Shown: positions 21,654 to 33,828 of the stretch, piece by piece
Layout of the letters: each line of letters opens with the position of its first letter
How positions within the stretch are numbered: position 1 is the first letter of the stretch
Source of the DNA: Mesotaenium endlicherianum
Lineage: Eukaryota
Assembly: GCA_009602735.1 (NCBI GenBank)
Contig: WELA01000805.1
Location: 424,264 to 462,788 of the forward strand
Direction: 5' to 3'
Length of the DNA stretch: 38,525 bases
Made by a program: the position numbers and the translations under genes
Notes under the pieces: model-generated
The model's input: the letters and a program-made list of their open reading frames with translations, nothing else
What the model was told of the DNA's origin: nothing
The model's database searches: none

Positions 21654-24600
21654 NGGCAGTAGGTAGTCTATTAAGAATGATACAGGAATCGTCAGAATGC
21701 AGCATGGGATTTGGAGGGGGAGAGTACCAGCAGATGGCCCAGGGGGGCCATGGATGACGACGGCGAAGAGGAGGAAGGGGAGGAGGAGAAGAAGGAGGAG
21801 GCCAATCGAGCGCGGCGCTGGAAGTGACGGGCCGCTTGCTTCGCCCGCTCCTGCACGCACACACGCACGCACACACGCCCTCACAAGCATGCACCCACGT
21901 TCAAAATCGCCATAGCCAAAGTCCACTAGGCCCTACAGTTATCCGCTTAAGGCACCCCCCTCCCCCCCTCCCATCCTCCCTCTCGCCGACGTCAACGCGG
22001 GCCCTTGAGCCGGGGCAACTCCGCAATCTGTCACACAGCTGACTGACGGCTTCTCCTGAGCTCCCTGTGCACCGCCTCAGCCTCCTGCCGAGTGTTTGGC
22101 GAGGGCAGCTTCAAAGGACCGGAGGACTGGACAAAAATACCCGATGAATGGGTGTGGGTCCCAGCATCGACTCTCTGGGCCCCCCCCCCCGGGGGGGGGG
22201 GGGNNNNNNNNNNNNNNNNNNNNNNNNNNNNNNGGGGGGGGGGGGGGGGGGCGCCCGCAGTGGGTGGGCGCTGCATCAAGGACGTTAGGAGCGAGCAGCC
22301 GCCGCCCGCCTGAGGACCACCAAGGAAGCAGTGGAAGGGGGGAAGAGCAAGAGCATGGAGCGAGAGAAGAGAGCGAGAGAGGGGGAGAGCTTACAGAGAG
22401 CAGCCTGAAGACGTGGTGCCTCGAAACTCCCCAGGCATGGACGTGGGGGCCGGCCTGCACCACAGTCAGGGTGGGGAGGGAGAGGGTGGAAAAGCGAGGA
22501 GGTAAGAGAGTCGCAGCATCCTATCCCAGTCCCTGCTCAGCTGAGGCCCCTTGTAGGCTCTCCACTAGTTTCTCCAATTTCTGTGCTTACGACGCGGACG
22601 CGGGGAGCTTGAGATGAGCTTGGGAACCTTCCGCAAGGCAGCCAGCGGTGTCCCACGAGCTTTCAGATGGCGAGGAAGCGCAGGTGAGGGTGGGGCCCTT
22701 GTGCGGGGGAGGGCGGAGAGGGATGTGTGAGAGTCTGGCACAGCCTAGGGCGCTGTAGCATCACGCCTCCACTCTTCCAAAAGACAATGCACTTGAGAAA
22801 GACAGCCGTGTGCGTCTGGCACTGATTGTTGCCGCCGCAAGAGAAGCAGGGGGGGACATGTAGTCCTTGTCAAAAAGAGTACACTTAAAGTGATGAGGAA
22901 GAAGGTGGAGGGCAGGCATCTTTAGCCCCTGGTGTCATCACCTTGAGCGCTCGAGCACACGAAGCAGCTCTTTCTTCCTCACAGGAGGGGGAGGGGGAGG
23001 AGGACAAAGAGGAGGACGAGAGAGGGAGCCCGGAGACACCGCCCTCACACTCGCCACCACTGACAGGGCTGGTAGACGCGGACAGGGACATATCCACACA
23101 GGTGACAGCAGGAAGGGTGAAGATGTCATCCCCCCCTTCAGAGGGAGGCTACGCTCCCTAGGGGGGTGAAGTGGGGGAGGGGGTGAGGTGGGGGAGNCCG
23201 CTGACCACGGCCTCTACCACCCCCACGGGCTCAGGAGCGGGGGCAGGGGACGACTTGACGCCCCCGGCTCCCCCGTCTGCACCCACGCCACCACCAGCTC
23301 CATCGCCATCTCGACGGTGAGCGGACTCCTTCTCCTGGCTTGCAGAGCCTGCCGAGGGTCCCCTGTCCTTCCCGTCCTCCTTCTCAGCAGCAGCTGCCGC
23401 AGCCGCCGCCCCGCCGCTCGGCACAGCCACGCCCGCGGCGTGCGGCGGCGTGGCCGTCCCAGCCGGCGTCCTTGCGCCAGGCCCGCCGCTGCCAGTTGTT
23501 GCGCCACCTGGCGCCAAAGGACCGGCGGCCAGGGAGGACGCGGAGAGCCTCCGCAGATTCTCCAGAGACTCGCCTCTCCTGATGGCAGCCTTTGCCCCGA
23601 TCTTCGACGTGAGCTGCGGCGCCCTGGACGCGCCCCCTGGGGGCGGGGCCAGGCTGCCACTACCGGCAACTGGGTCGGGGGAGAGGCCGGGTAGGGGGGA
23701 AGAGGCAGTGCCTAGAGGAGCGGGGGGGACATCTGGGGGCTCAGCTCCAACGCTGGCGCCTGTGCCTCCTCGCCCTCCTCCGGGCTGAGCTGGCGCCCCC
23801 AATCTCGTCAGAAGGCCCCGCGCGAGTCGGGACCACTCGGAGTGCGAGTATGCGGAGAGCTCGATGCCTGGTGTCGCGCTCCTGACAGCCCCCAGCGTTG
23901 CGTGCACGTCTCTGGCCCCCCCAGGCGCGCCACCTGTTGGGTCTGTGCCTCGCAGCGCACCGCTGTCGACCGCACGCTTCGCGGCCTGTGGCGGGAGCGA
24001 CACTTCACCAAGGTTGCGCTCGAGCGTGCCTGTGTGGTCCCCGCCCCCTCCTTCTGGTGCACCGAGGCGCCGCCGCTTGGCAGGATGGGCGCACGGCCCC
24101 TCAAACCCGGAGGTGCCAGCTGTCAAGAGGGCAGAGGCCCCCGGAAGAGGAGCTCTCCGTGCACAGCTGGCAACTGCAGAGTCGAAGGCTTTGAGCGCCG
24201 TGCTGGAGAACCACATGGCGCGACAACAGACACCACAAGTACACAAAATATTCAGCACACTGTACACTCGGCTTGGTTGCCTCTCAAGGCGCGACAGCTG
24301 GCAGTCGACAGACAGACAGACAGACAGACAAGGGGCCGCAGGGGGGGCCTGGCTGAAGTGAGCAACTTCCGCGCAGCTGCACCCCAGGAGCAGCACGCAC
24401 ACACTGATGCGTTGCGGAAAAACCGACAGGTGGGGGCCTCTGACTCTGCCTTCTATGCAGGCCAGCCAGCAGCTAGCATAAGAACTCTGCCTGCAAGGCC
24501 TTGCCCTCTTTCCCCCAACCTGGCCCACTTCCTCGCCCCCCTGCCCCCTGCAACGTGCCCCTCCCTCCCACCTTCTCCCCCGCCCCCCCAGTGCCAGACC

Positions 24601-26993
24601 TTCTCCTTGTAACCCACCCTTCTCCTGCCCCAGTAACTACAGATAGTGAAATCACAGAAAGGGCAGTTCCCAGGGATGCGTATGTGGTCTTGTTAAGGAG
24701 CTGCCAGCTGTGCGCTGCAGGCCTCATGGAATCTGGCTTTCAGAATCTCCGTTACCCAGAGAGAGACGTCACCAGTGTGCCTGCTAGACCCGCCTAGTCA
24801 GCAGATCTGACCCTCCCAGTGCAAGCCCCGCACCCCGGCCCAGGTCCTGCCTCCCCCTTCCCCCTCCCTCCCCGATGGCGTTGATACTTATCACTCCCCC
24901 AGAGCCTCCAACAAGAATTGAAGGAGCTATGGACTTGAGACAAGGCAGCCCTCTTTTTGGTGCTTGTGCCCTGAAGGGGGTAGTTGGGGGGGAGGGGGAG
25001 CGGGGGGAATTCTTTTTGTTGTGGGGGGGGGAAGAGGGCTCAACTCAGGCAGCCCGGCAGTGGCAGCACCGGGGAGCTAGCGCGGGGCATTGTGCCATCC
25101 TGACGCGATGAGAAGAAGAAAGAGAGAGCGAGCGAGTACGAGCACGGGCACGGGCACGCGGTGTGGACCTCCGGAAGCCCGCTGGTCTGGAGCAGAGCAG
25201 AGCAGGACAGGGCAGGGCAGGGCAGGCACAAAGAAACCCGATAGCACAAGAACATTGTTGGGGACCCCCGGAAGCTGGCAACCCAGAAAAGAGCAGGCGC
25301 GCAGGGAGAAGGGCATGGTGTGAACGCATGTGTGTGGATGTGAGCGTGTGAGTGAGTATGAGTGTGTGTGTGTGCGCGCGCGCGCGCGTGCCAAGTCCTA
25401 CCTGGTGCGCGTGAGAGAGCCAACTGTCGCCTCCGCAACCGTGTGCCGCTTCCACGAGTACGCCAGCAGGGCGCCATCTGGATGCACTGCGGCCTTCCGT
25501 GCCCCTGTCGACGGGGCGCCGCCGCGCATCGGCTGCAGGACCCCCAGCCTCTCCAGCGCCTTGCCTGCCACACGCCACGTGGATGCGGCGGGAGCAGAAT
25601 AAGAAAGTCAAACGGGGGAGCCAGAGAACCCCCTAAACTGCTGCCTCTTTCACGCTATCGATGCATCACCCCTTCAGAAACCCCTTCACGCTTCTGACTA
25701 CCCTCAGAGGGGCCACTCCTCGAGTCGGAGCCTTTCTCTTTTCCTTAGCTGGAGCTCTACTTCCGGGCCTTCCGGCAGCTCCCAGAGCAGTATCCACAAG
25801 AATACAACACGAAGTGCATACTCTCCAGCTCCACAAGTCAGGTTCCCCCCCCCCCAAAAAAAGAAGAAGTTGACCTTGACACTAGGCTCGCGACCGCTTG
25901 ACCACTCACTCCTCTCTGTCCCGCCGGCAGTTGCCCTTGTCATTAGAACAGCTACTACTGGACCCCTCACCTCTCTTTGCCCGTTGAAATTTCGCTCGTC
26001 ACGGAACTTCTCGCGAGGCCCAAGGGCTCAGTGGCCCCCAATATCTGCTGCATGCATTGTATGTGCCATATGTGCTGTACGTGCTCTTCTCATAACTGTA
26101 GGTGCTGTACGTGCAGTCCCCCTAAAGATGGCTTCTTCATGTATGGCTGTCCCAAACCCAGGCTACCAAACCCTCAAGCCCCACTAATGCACGTGAAGTA
26201 GAAGAGGTCACGCCTTCTCATCCTCAGCCTCGGCCTCAGCCTCTATGTGTCTATCTTTTGCATCCAACTTGCAGGCAGCTGCCCCCAATGGACGGTGGAT
26301 CTTTGACATCACACCAGAATGGACATGCTGACGTGAAGCATGGGTCTAGAAAGATTGCACAAAGCTGGTCCACACAACTGCACCCAGGAGTGTAGAGTGT
26401 GCTGCACACACAGAAGTTTTTTTTTTTTGGCTCTCTGCCAGCGGCACTTCCGGCTGCTTGCTTATGCTGGCCGGCAGTGTATTTGATTGTAGTCCCATTT
26501 CACTTTTGACTTTGCACCATTGGCAACCAAATGCCCCTGAGAAAGGGCCCCTGAACCGGCACACGTCTCTCCTCCCCTCTAATTACAAGGCATGAAGGAA
26601 TATATGCTACTTCTGAAGGAGGAATGACACCGACGTATTTCGTCAGCCCTATTGTCTTGGCTCTTTAAGTAGTCATCTCTTCAAGAAGAGGTCGTTTTGG
26701 TTACGGTGGCTCTCGTATCAGTTGTGCACGGCGTGTCACACACACGATGGCCAAGGTGGAATAGAAATTGTACCAGCTTCTCTCAGGGCGTCCAAAGACT
26801 GCTGCACGCCATTTGCAGCAGCAAGGACTGCTGCATTGCCGCTATCCCCTCCTTCTGCACTCACTCCTGCAACTCTAGACGCGTTTCCAATGGCCTCTAG
26901 GACGAGCTCTGCACCACTACGTATGTCAGCTATGCACCTGGTAGCATCATCCAGCTTCGATAATGCCTGCAGAAGGGCCTGAGGGGAAGTCAT
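20025..26993 (-). CDS. MED27: Mediator of RNA polymerase II transcription subunit 27
   Basis: Exons 26993-26774, 25564-25402, 24202-23198 (runs into the single-N gap at 23197), 22454-22395, 21850-21728, 21121-21078, 20202-20025; GT-AG with consistent phases. Motifs match plant MED27 as recalled: RCIADIRSGAELVLEA, GKALERLGVL, HPDGALLAYSWKR, TALKAF, HAWGVSRHHVF, VWLSSYQDLFTQPCRKCRKVLAM..LLPPTVR, AYHVEC (C-terminal CxxC..HxxC). Confidence 0.88.
21563..21653. repeat. 91-nt poly-C homopolymer abutting a single N in a MED27 intron
   Basis: Directly visible; length may be an artefact. A C11-G13 run flanks the gap at 22204-22233. Confidence 0.8.
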
Positions 26994-27560
26994 GGTATCT
27001 AGAAATTGACGACTTGCAAAGCAAGTGGAACTAAGATACAAACACTATATTCCCTCAGGATGACACATATCGCCCGGGAAAAACATAAGAGAAAAAGACA
27101 TGCACCCTGCAGCTTGCCGCTCGATATATACAAGCTGAAAAAAACCCATGTGGCGAAGAACCTGTGTCTCCTCTAGTTCGATCAGCGGATAAAGCTGGAG
27201 TAGTCACAAAAATTAAGCTGGTGTGGTTTTCCTCTTTCTTAACCAAGCCCACGCGCAATAAGTTCTGACCAGAGTCAAGCCCCTCTTTCCTGTCGTCGAA
27301 GGACCACTGCGCGCTTTTGCATTTTGATTGAAGTGGTGAGCAAGGAGAGTCGATACCAGTGCAGTACGATCCTTCCAATTTGTTGAAGAAAACAAACAAG
27401 AAAGGGTAAGACTGACTGGAAGTAAAAAAGCATATCACTTGCTGATAGAGCTACTTCTCATAGCAAGCACTCTCACAGTCACATCCTGCTGCAAATTCGA
27501 GCAGTACTTCTACAACTCCCCACCTCGGCCTCCTCGTCTACTCCTGCGCCCAATTGCACT

Positions 27561-30500
27561 ATGGCCAGCTTGTTGCAATCATGCCCGCGATGCATTTGCA
27601 CATTCTCACACGCCTCTGCTGGCGTCCATGTGTCTGCAACAAGGCAAGAGTGCGCTTCATCGTTGAGACCTGTTGATTGTTCTCGATGGAAATTGAAATT
27701 GGTCGCCATGAATGCCCCTGGTGGAATTTACATCCAGACTGAAGTCCTGGTGAAAAATAGAAGGGGGCAATTTCCACAGCTGTCAGCAGCAGCAGCAAGA
27801 GCCGCAACGTCAGACACTTCTGAAACTTCTGGTTAGTAATAACCCGCACATTCCTCACCCCTTCCTGTGGTTTTCTCAAGCAACGGGCTTGAGCCAGTTT
27901 AGGTTCTGATGCTACATTGTCACTGCCACCCCGTGAAGACTATGTACACGCTCTCGTTTATCGGCAAAATGTATATTGAAGGTGGGAAGTATCATCATGA
28001 GATTCAGAGCAAAATAATATTCATTTTTTTCCTCTGCCCAATCGTTTTTGTACTTGCCCGGCTGGTTCCCGTGACCTTGGCCAGCTCAAAACCCCGTACT
28101 CTCTACTCATGTGCCTCTTCAGCACGACAATCGGCTCCCAGCAGCTTAGAGGCATGGGCGAAGTCAGATGGCTGGAGTGTGTGTTTGATGTCATGAGTAG
28201 CTTGTGACAGCAGATGCGGACACTTTCAACAGGCCAGGAAGAGGGGTAGAGGAGCCAGGAGATTGTGGGGCGAGCATTCGTGCCGTGCTGCAATTCTATC
28301 ATTTTACGTGTCTCCCAGGAGAAGGAGCATGCCATTCTTGCCCTCTTCCAGGGTACCCCCTGCCCCTCCCCCTCCCCATCCCCCTCCCCCTCTCTACACC
28401 AAGACCAGCACGCTCCTCTCCTCTGAGAATGAGCAGACCTTCCATGGAGAATGGACAACCTTCTCCTCCCTCTTTCCAACAGCTTGGGGCGTCCTCAGAG
28501 ACTGCTCAGCGGGTGCCCCCCGTATCTCATCTCCGAGGATGATGCCGGGGGATGACGCACGCCAGGGGGCGATGCTAATGCCTTTCTCTTCCGTCTCTTC
28601 TTGTTGGGGTGCGGGGGGCACGCGACGACAGCAGGCGTGGAGGGAGCGGAGGGCGGCTCCGAGGAGGGGGCGCCACCTGGCGCCCTGGAAGTGGGCAGCG
28701 CAGTGGTGGTGGTGGAGGCGCCTCTCTTTGTGAAGACGGCGGAGCCCATGCCCATGATGAAGCCCAACGATGGCATCGTCAAAGTGGGCGACGCTGGCAG
28801 GTCCGGCCGGGGGCAGACTCCAACCCGCATCTTCTTACCCCTGCATATCCCCCCCCNGCACCCCTGAATATTCCCACCCCCGAGAATACCCACTCTTATG
28901 TGTACTCATTCATCTCTGACTAGATCCACTCCTGACTGCGCCCTCTGCTGCTCTAGCGTAAGCCCGAGCCCTTGGCTTAAACCCTGGCCTCAGCCTCAAG
29001 CCCAAAACCCTGAGCTTCGGCTCCTGCTGGGATGTGGGCGTGAGCACAAGCTGGGGCCGTCAGTCAGCCAAACCTTAGAGGGGAATTAGGGGAGCTGAGG
29101 GAGCTGCGAGCCTGGGGGTGTGAGGTGGACACAAAAGGGAACCCTCGTCTTGTGCCAGCTCGTGCTCACGCCCTGTGGGCTCTCTTGCGCTGCCGCAAGG
29201 GAGGACCTGCGACGGTGTTGAGGGAGACAAGGGTGGCGTTGAGGTGCCACTCTGGCGGCAAGTAGTGCGCTCCGCATGTGCCACGTCGCCGCTGATGTGG
29301 CGGCCAGGGGCCAGGTCATAATGGGTGCAGGGCGTGGGCACTTAATCTTTAGCGGTCGCTCGCGTTCTCTCGTCTTCCTGCTCTTCCTGCTGGGAGGATG
29401 AGCGATGATCAGGCAGGGTTTGACTTTGGATCTCAGAAGTGCCGGCGACGCGCCAGAAAGGGAAGGATACAAGGGAAGGATGGCGACCTCCTGGTTGCTG
29501 CCCTCTCACCCCCCTTGGTTTCTGAGAGGCGTGCACACGTGTGACGGCACGTAACAGCCTTGGGAACGCACAATCATGGAGGGACTGTGAGGGTTTTGGA
29601 AGCGCTGTCTTTGCACACGACAAAGTGCGTGCATGCGCACACACTTACTTGAATCACACATAAACACACATATGCTCAAGCCAAATCACACACACAGAGA
29701 GAGAGAGGGGGGCGAAGGCTGGTGTCTGGGACCACAGAGCCCTGGCATTTGGAGTGCCGTGTGCGCTCATTGCGGGTCGCCGAGCGTCTTGCTCTCACTC
29801 TCGTTCTTCTGTCCTTGTTCTTGTCGTGCGCACGCTCTGAAAAAGGACAAGGCTGTTTGGCCCCCTCCATATCATGCTCTGCGACGGTCTTGCTGGCGAT
29901 GGTGTTCACACTCTGAGCCTGTTGGATGAGCGGAGGGCCAAACCCCTTCCAACTGCGGAGGAGTTCTCTTCTCCAATTGCCGCATGAGTGCAATCCCCAA
30001 CTGTGCCCAATGCCACCTGGCATTCCAAAAGATGATGGGCTGCGGACGTGAGCATCCCGAGCACACACTCAGGCGTCTGGAACTTCAAACCAGGCTACGG
30101 GTGGAGGCCCAGGGTGTCGCCCTCAGGGCCAGGTCAGAGTATGAGGGAGGGGGGCTTTGTGGCTCGGAGGGGGCCAGAGTTTTTAAGGATTTTTAAGGAT
30201 TTTATTTTTGGGTTTTCTGCCCGTCATGGCTGGCTGGCTGGCTGGCTCAGTGGCTGGCTGTGCCGCACCTCTGATGTTGCTGGCCTCTCTCTACGTGTGA
30301 ACGCCATCAGTGTCACTCTCTCCGGCGGTTGCTGGCCCTCAATCTATGCGTTTTTCGTCTTTCCCCACTGCTCCTTTCTCCTCTGTGCTTCTCTTTCGAT
30401 TCTGCCGGCGCCTGCGTTTCTCTCCCCTGCGGTTGCACCTGCTACGACCCCGTCGGTTGCGCGCGCTCTTGGGCCGTCGGATCGACGGGATCCACGCTGC

Positions 30501-30599
30501 AGGATCATCTCGAGGCGGCCAATGAAGACCTGGGCTGTGCGCTTCTCCCAGGCCACGTATCTGTTGGACCAAAAGTACATCAAACTGCTAGAGCTGTAG
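27561..30599 (+). CDS. CRR42: Plastid-targeted CRR42-like / cyanobacterial SipA (DUF3148) protein, ~178 aa
   Basis: Exons 27561-27831 (MASL.., Ser/Ala/Arg-rich transit-peptide-like), 28632 (or 28635, NAGNAG)-28800 and 30503-30599; phases 1 and 2 match. The spliced core VGSAVVVVEAPLFVKTAEPMPMMKPNDGIVKVGDAGRIISRRPMKTWAVRFSQATYLLDQKYIKLL matches the DUF3148 signature (PxxxKTAxPMPM..G.I..RRP...WAVRF....YL.D..Y). Confidence 0.85.
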
Positions 30600-32711
30600 A
30601 CTCTGGTAGTCGCCTTGGGGCACCTCTTGGGCTTGTTCGAGTGCAGCCAGGGATTCGACGCCAGCTGTCGGCCAGGTGTCACGCCTCCTCAGCAGCTCCG
30701 GGCACTTTTTGATGAATCTGACAGTGACTGTCCTAATGCTGACCTTGATACTTACAGGCCTGTTGAGTGTTGGAGGGTTAAATATAGCACGCTGGTCATA
30801 GAGATTTTCGCGTTGGTGAGTGTTACCGTAAACCATGGGGATGATTGTATTCACGGCCTTGAAGGTGCGTGAGTATGTAATTGTTTTCTTAAATACACAA
30901 CAATACGTGGTGGCTTTTCCACCTGGCGTGGGCAGTCTGTAGGGAAACGTCAGATGTCACTCGCATATGAGTGTAGTTTTCTTGCCATAGGTAGGCGACA
31001 TTCTTCTTGTGGCTTCTATTCGGGCGTGGTAACAGAAGTAGATTGATACAAGATATGTCTTCCACTTGAAAAGTTCACTAGCTCATAGCGCAGCCTCATT
31101 TCCCACCTTGGAGTCGTTTGACGATTCCCATCCTATGCAGGTTTCCGCACCTGTTGCTAGGATCAGAACTTAGTAAGCATGCACATTTGTTCAGCATACA
31201 CATGTGTAAACTGCAGTAAGCATTTGGAAGCATTAGTAAACATGCTCATTTGTTCAGCATGCATGCAGTGGCCTTGTATAAGATTTGCCAGCAAATATCA
31301 TTTGGACAAGCATCCTAAACGAGGCAATGAGATGTATGCATTTACTTTGTCACAAAAGAGTCTATGTGTAGCTAATGCCTGGACGGGAGGATGTATGTAC
31401 TTTCTGTCGATGTCTTTTTCTGTCTCTTCCTACACAAACAACATCATGGCATATGGATGCACAGCAAGTAAAATCTTAATTTGCAGGAAAGGAGTCGTAA
31501 GGGACGAGAGAGAAGCAAGTTCACAGGAAAAACAGGAGGAAAAGGGACCAAGCACGCTGCTACGATGATGAAGGATGCCAAGAGGCACACAAGAGATTCA
31601 AATTTCAAAGAGCAGGGGAAAGCACGCGGCAATTGTGACAAGGGATATTGAAACAGGACGGCCTGCGCAAGCGCTCAGTACTTGCGGAAAGAGAAGCTTT
31701 CCATGCCAGGCAACAGGTGGCAACTCTCCCGAGCGCTACCTGCAGCTCTGCAAAAGCTCCAGCAGCACACACGGGGTGCTGGTTTGCTTACTCAAAGCTG
31801 CCAGATGTCAGGCTGTCTATGTCCAGAAACTACCCCCTCACCCCTCTTCTCCCCCCCCTTTCATTTCTCTTCTGAGTAACAAATTGGCAGGAGTGTGCCA
31901 GAGGTGCGCTTGCGTCAAGGGACACCATAGGGGGCAAGCATGCACACACACGCAAGCATAATCACACACGCCTACTGAACACACGCACACAGACACACAC
32001 ACACACACATACACACCAAACATCTACTTGCTGTGACGTAATCCTTCCGCCTCAAATTTTTGTTCAGTCCATGCACAGCACCCCGAAAGCGTCAGCAAAC
32101 AGATACACAACCGTGCAAAAGATGCAGAGGCTGGCCGCTGACCTTAATCAGCAACAAACCCGAAAGATCACAAAGCGTGAAGTTGACGTCAAATTGTACA
32201 CAAGTAATCGCCGCAGCGAGTGTGTCAAGCAGAACCTTTCTAGAGCCTAAAGAGTCACTAAATCTGGAGTACTCCCACAGACTATACAGCTACACCTACA
32301 GCATGCTGCCAAGTGTGGGCTACCTAGCAACCAGGAATGAACTCAGGTATATTCTAGTTTTTTATATTTTGGCTGTATATCATGCATGACGCATCCATAT
32401 GACATGTATAATGGCTGCCCTGCCTGCTAGTCCTGCTAGTGATTACTTGTGCGCAATGTGAGAGAACTTCTATCACAAGTAGCTATGCGTGTCTGCCAGG
32501 TACGTATATGGCCATTGTACTGAACTAAAAAGAGCTGCAAAGCGCCGAGTCAAGGTCAGGCAGCCCCAAAGAAAGAGACGCAATAAAGCGACATGTACCT
32601 AATTCATAAGCTATTGCCGCTCAGTTTGGGCCAAAACTTCGGGGGCCCAATTAATGCACTTTTGAAGGGTCTCATGACTAAGCTTATGGCCCACGCAGGT
32701 GTCAGCCGCAG

Positions 32712-33662
32712 CTAGGCTCTGGGCTCATCGCCATAAGGCGACACAGTGGGAAGCTCCGACTCCTTGGCATCTATGGCCATCTCCGCGTCCTCCTTCTTCC
32801 ACTTCATGCGCAGAATGACAAAGGCGGCGACCACAAACACCCAGTAGAAGATGTATGCGCACAGGGTGCCAATTGTCGCCTCGTTGCGCCACCCCACGAT
32901 CGCGTTGAGGACCTTCCAGATGCCGTCGTCGTTGTGGTTGCAGCAGTCCAGCTTCCACACGATATCCTCGTTCTCGGTGTGCTCCTCAAACTCGTGCACG
33001 GCGAAGGAGAAGAGGCCCGCGGCAATGACAAAGAGGAGCAGCGTCGAGAAGCCGATGAACCACTTGAACGCCGCGTAGCTGGCCCCCTTGTACAGCAGGT
33101 AGCCGACCAGCACGCCGCAGAGGGCGCCGGTGAACGCGGCGATGGGGAGAGCCGTGCCCGAGCCGTCCAGCTCCACGCCTCCAAGGAAGATGACAGCCTC
33201 GAGGCCCTCGCGAACCACAACGGTCAGAGGAATGAGAAAGAGGGCGTACTTGCTCCTCTTGCTCTGCACCGCGTCCGACTTGTTCAGGCTCTCGACCGTG
33301 ATCTTGGTGAGCTTGCGTTCCCACTTGGCCCTCCACGTGTCCACACGGACCATGGCAAACGCCATAAGCGTGATAAGAACAACAGCAATGAGAGCCATGA
33401 TGCCTTCCCACAGCGCCTCGGAGTTTTCCCAAGCCTCTTTAGCGACTGTGTAGTAGAGACTGATGAAGACTGCACCCAGTGCTAGAGAGATAGCGAGTCC
33501 GGCGATGACACCCCACCAAGCTTGCCATTTCATCCTTCGTCTAACATCCAGATCTTCAATGAGCTTGTCGAGAAGAGACATCATCACAGACATGATAATG
33601 GCAGCTTCAAGAGTTTCTCGGAACAGGATGAAGAATGCCGGAACGCTGAATAATTCCACCAT
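32712..33662 (-). CDS. FTR1: High-affinity iron permease, FTR1 (OFeT) family, 316 aa, intronless
   Basis: Two RExxE motifs (FRETLEAAII, VREGLEAVIF), about 7 hydrophobic segments, SEALWEG, IAAGLFS and VWKLDCCN..GIWKVLNAIVGW..GTLCAYIFYW, as in fungal Ftr1. Confidence 0.95.
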   Translation of the reverse strand: MVELFSVPAFFILFRETLEAAIIMSVMMSLLDKLIEDLDVRRRMKWQAWWGVIAGLAISLALGAVFISLYYTVAKEAWENSEALWEGIMALIAVVLITLMAFAMVRVDTWRAKWERKLTKITVESLNKSDAVQSKRSKYALFLIPLTVVVREGLEAVIFLGGVELDGSGTALPIAAFTGALCGVLVGYLLYKGASYAAFKWFIGFSTLLLFVIAAGLFSFAVHEFEEHTENEDIVWKLDCCNHNDDGIWKVLNAIVGWRNEATIGTLCAYIFYWVFVVAAFVILRMKWKKEDAEMAIDAKESELPTVSPYGDEPRA

Positions 33663-33821
33663 CTTGGCGCTGGGAAGGCAGAGAGTATTAATTAGCTAGA
33701 GTGAAGAGCTGGGAAAGAGGGTGAACAGTTTGTAGAGAGAACAAGGTCTGAAGACGGTTCAAATTTGAAAGCCACACTTCCGGTGATATCTGGCCTTGTT
33801 TCTTCTTCACTGATAATAGCC

Positions 33822-33828
33822 ATTTATA
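33822..33828 (-). promoter_or_regulatory. Candidate TATA box of FTR1
   Basis: TATAAAT on the minus strand ~160 bp upstream of the ATG, followed by a pyrimidine-rich leader. Confidence 0.5.

Noticed and set aside
21351..22313. Poly-Pro and poly-Gly ORFs
   Set aside because: Created by homopolymer runs and N gaps within MED27 introns.
22500..23160. Plus-strand acidic low-complexity frame in a MED27 intron (possible LINE ORF1 relic)
   Set aside because: Multiple stops, a frameshift and no diagnostic motif.
24203..24528. N-terminal part of ORF 23158..24528
   Set aside because: Intronic (GACA microsatellite, pyrimidine tract); homology and phase place the exon start at 24202.
29940..30075. LINE-like CCHC remnant (CSGC / HHLLECQVA) on the minus strand in CRR42 intron 2
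   Set aside because: Requires a frameshift and has no supporting RT or downstream motifs.
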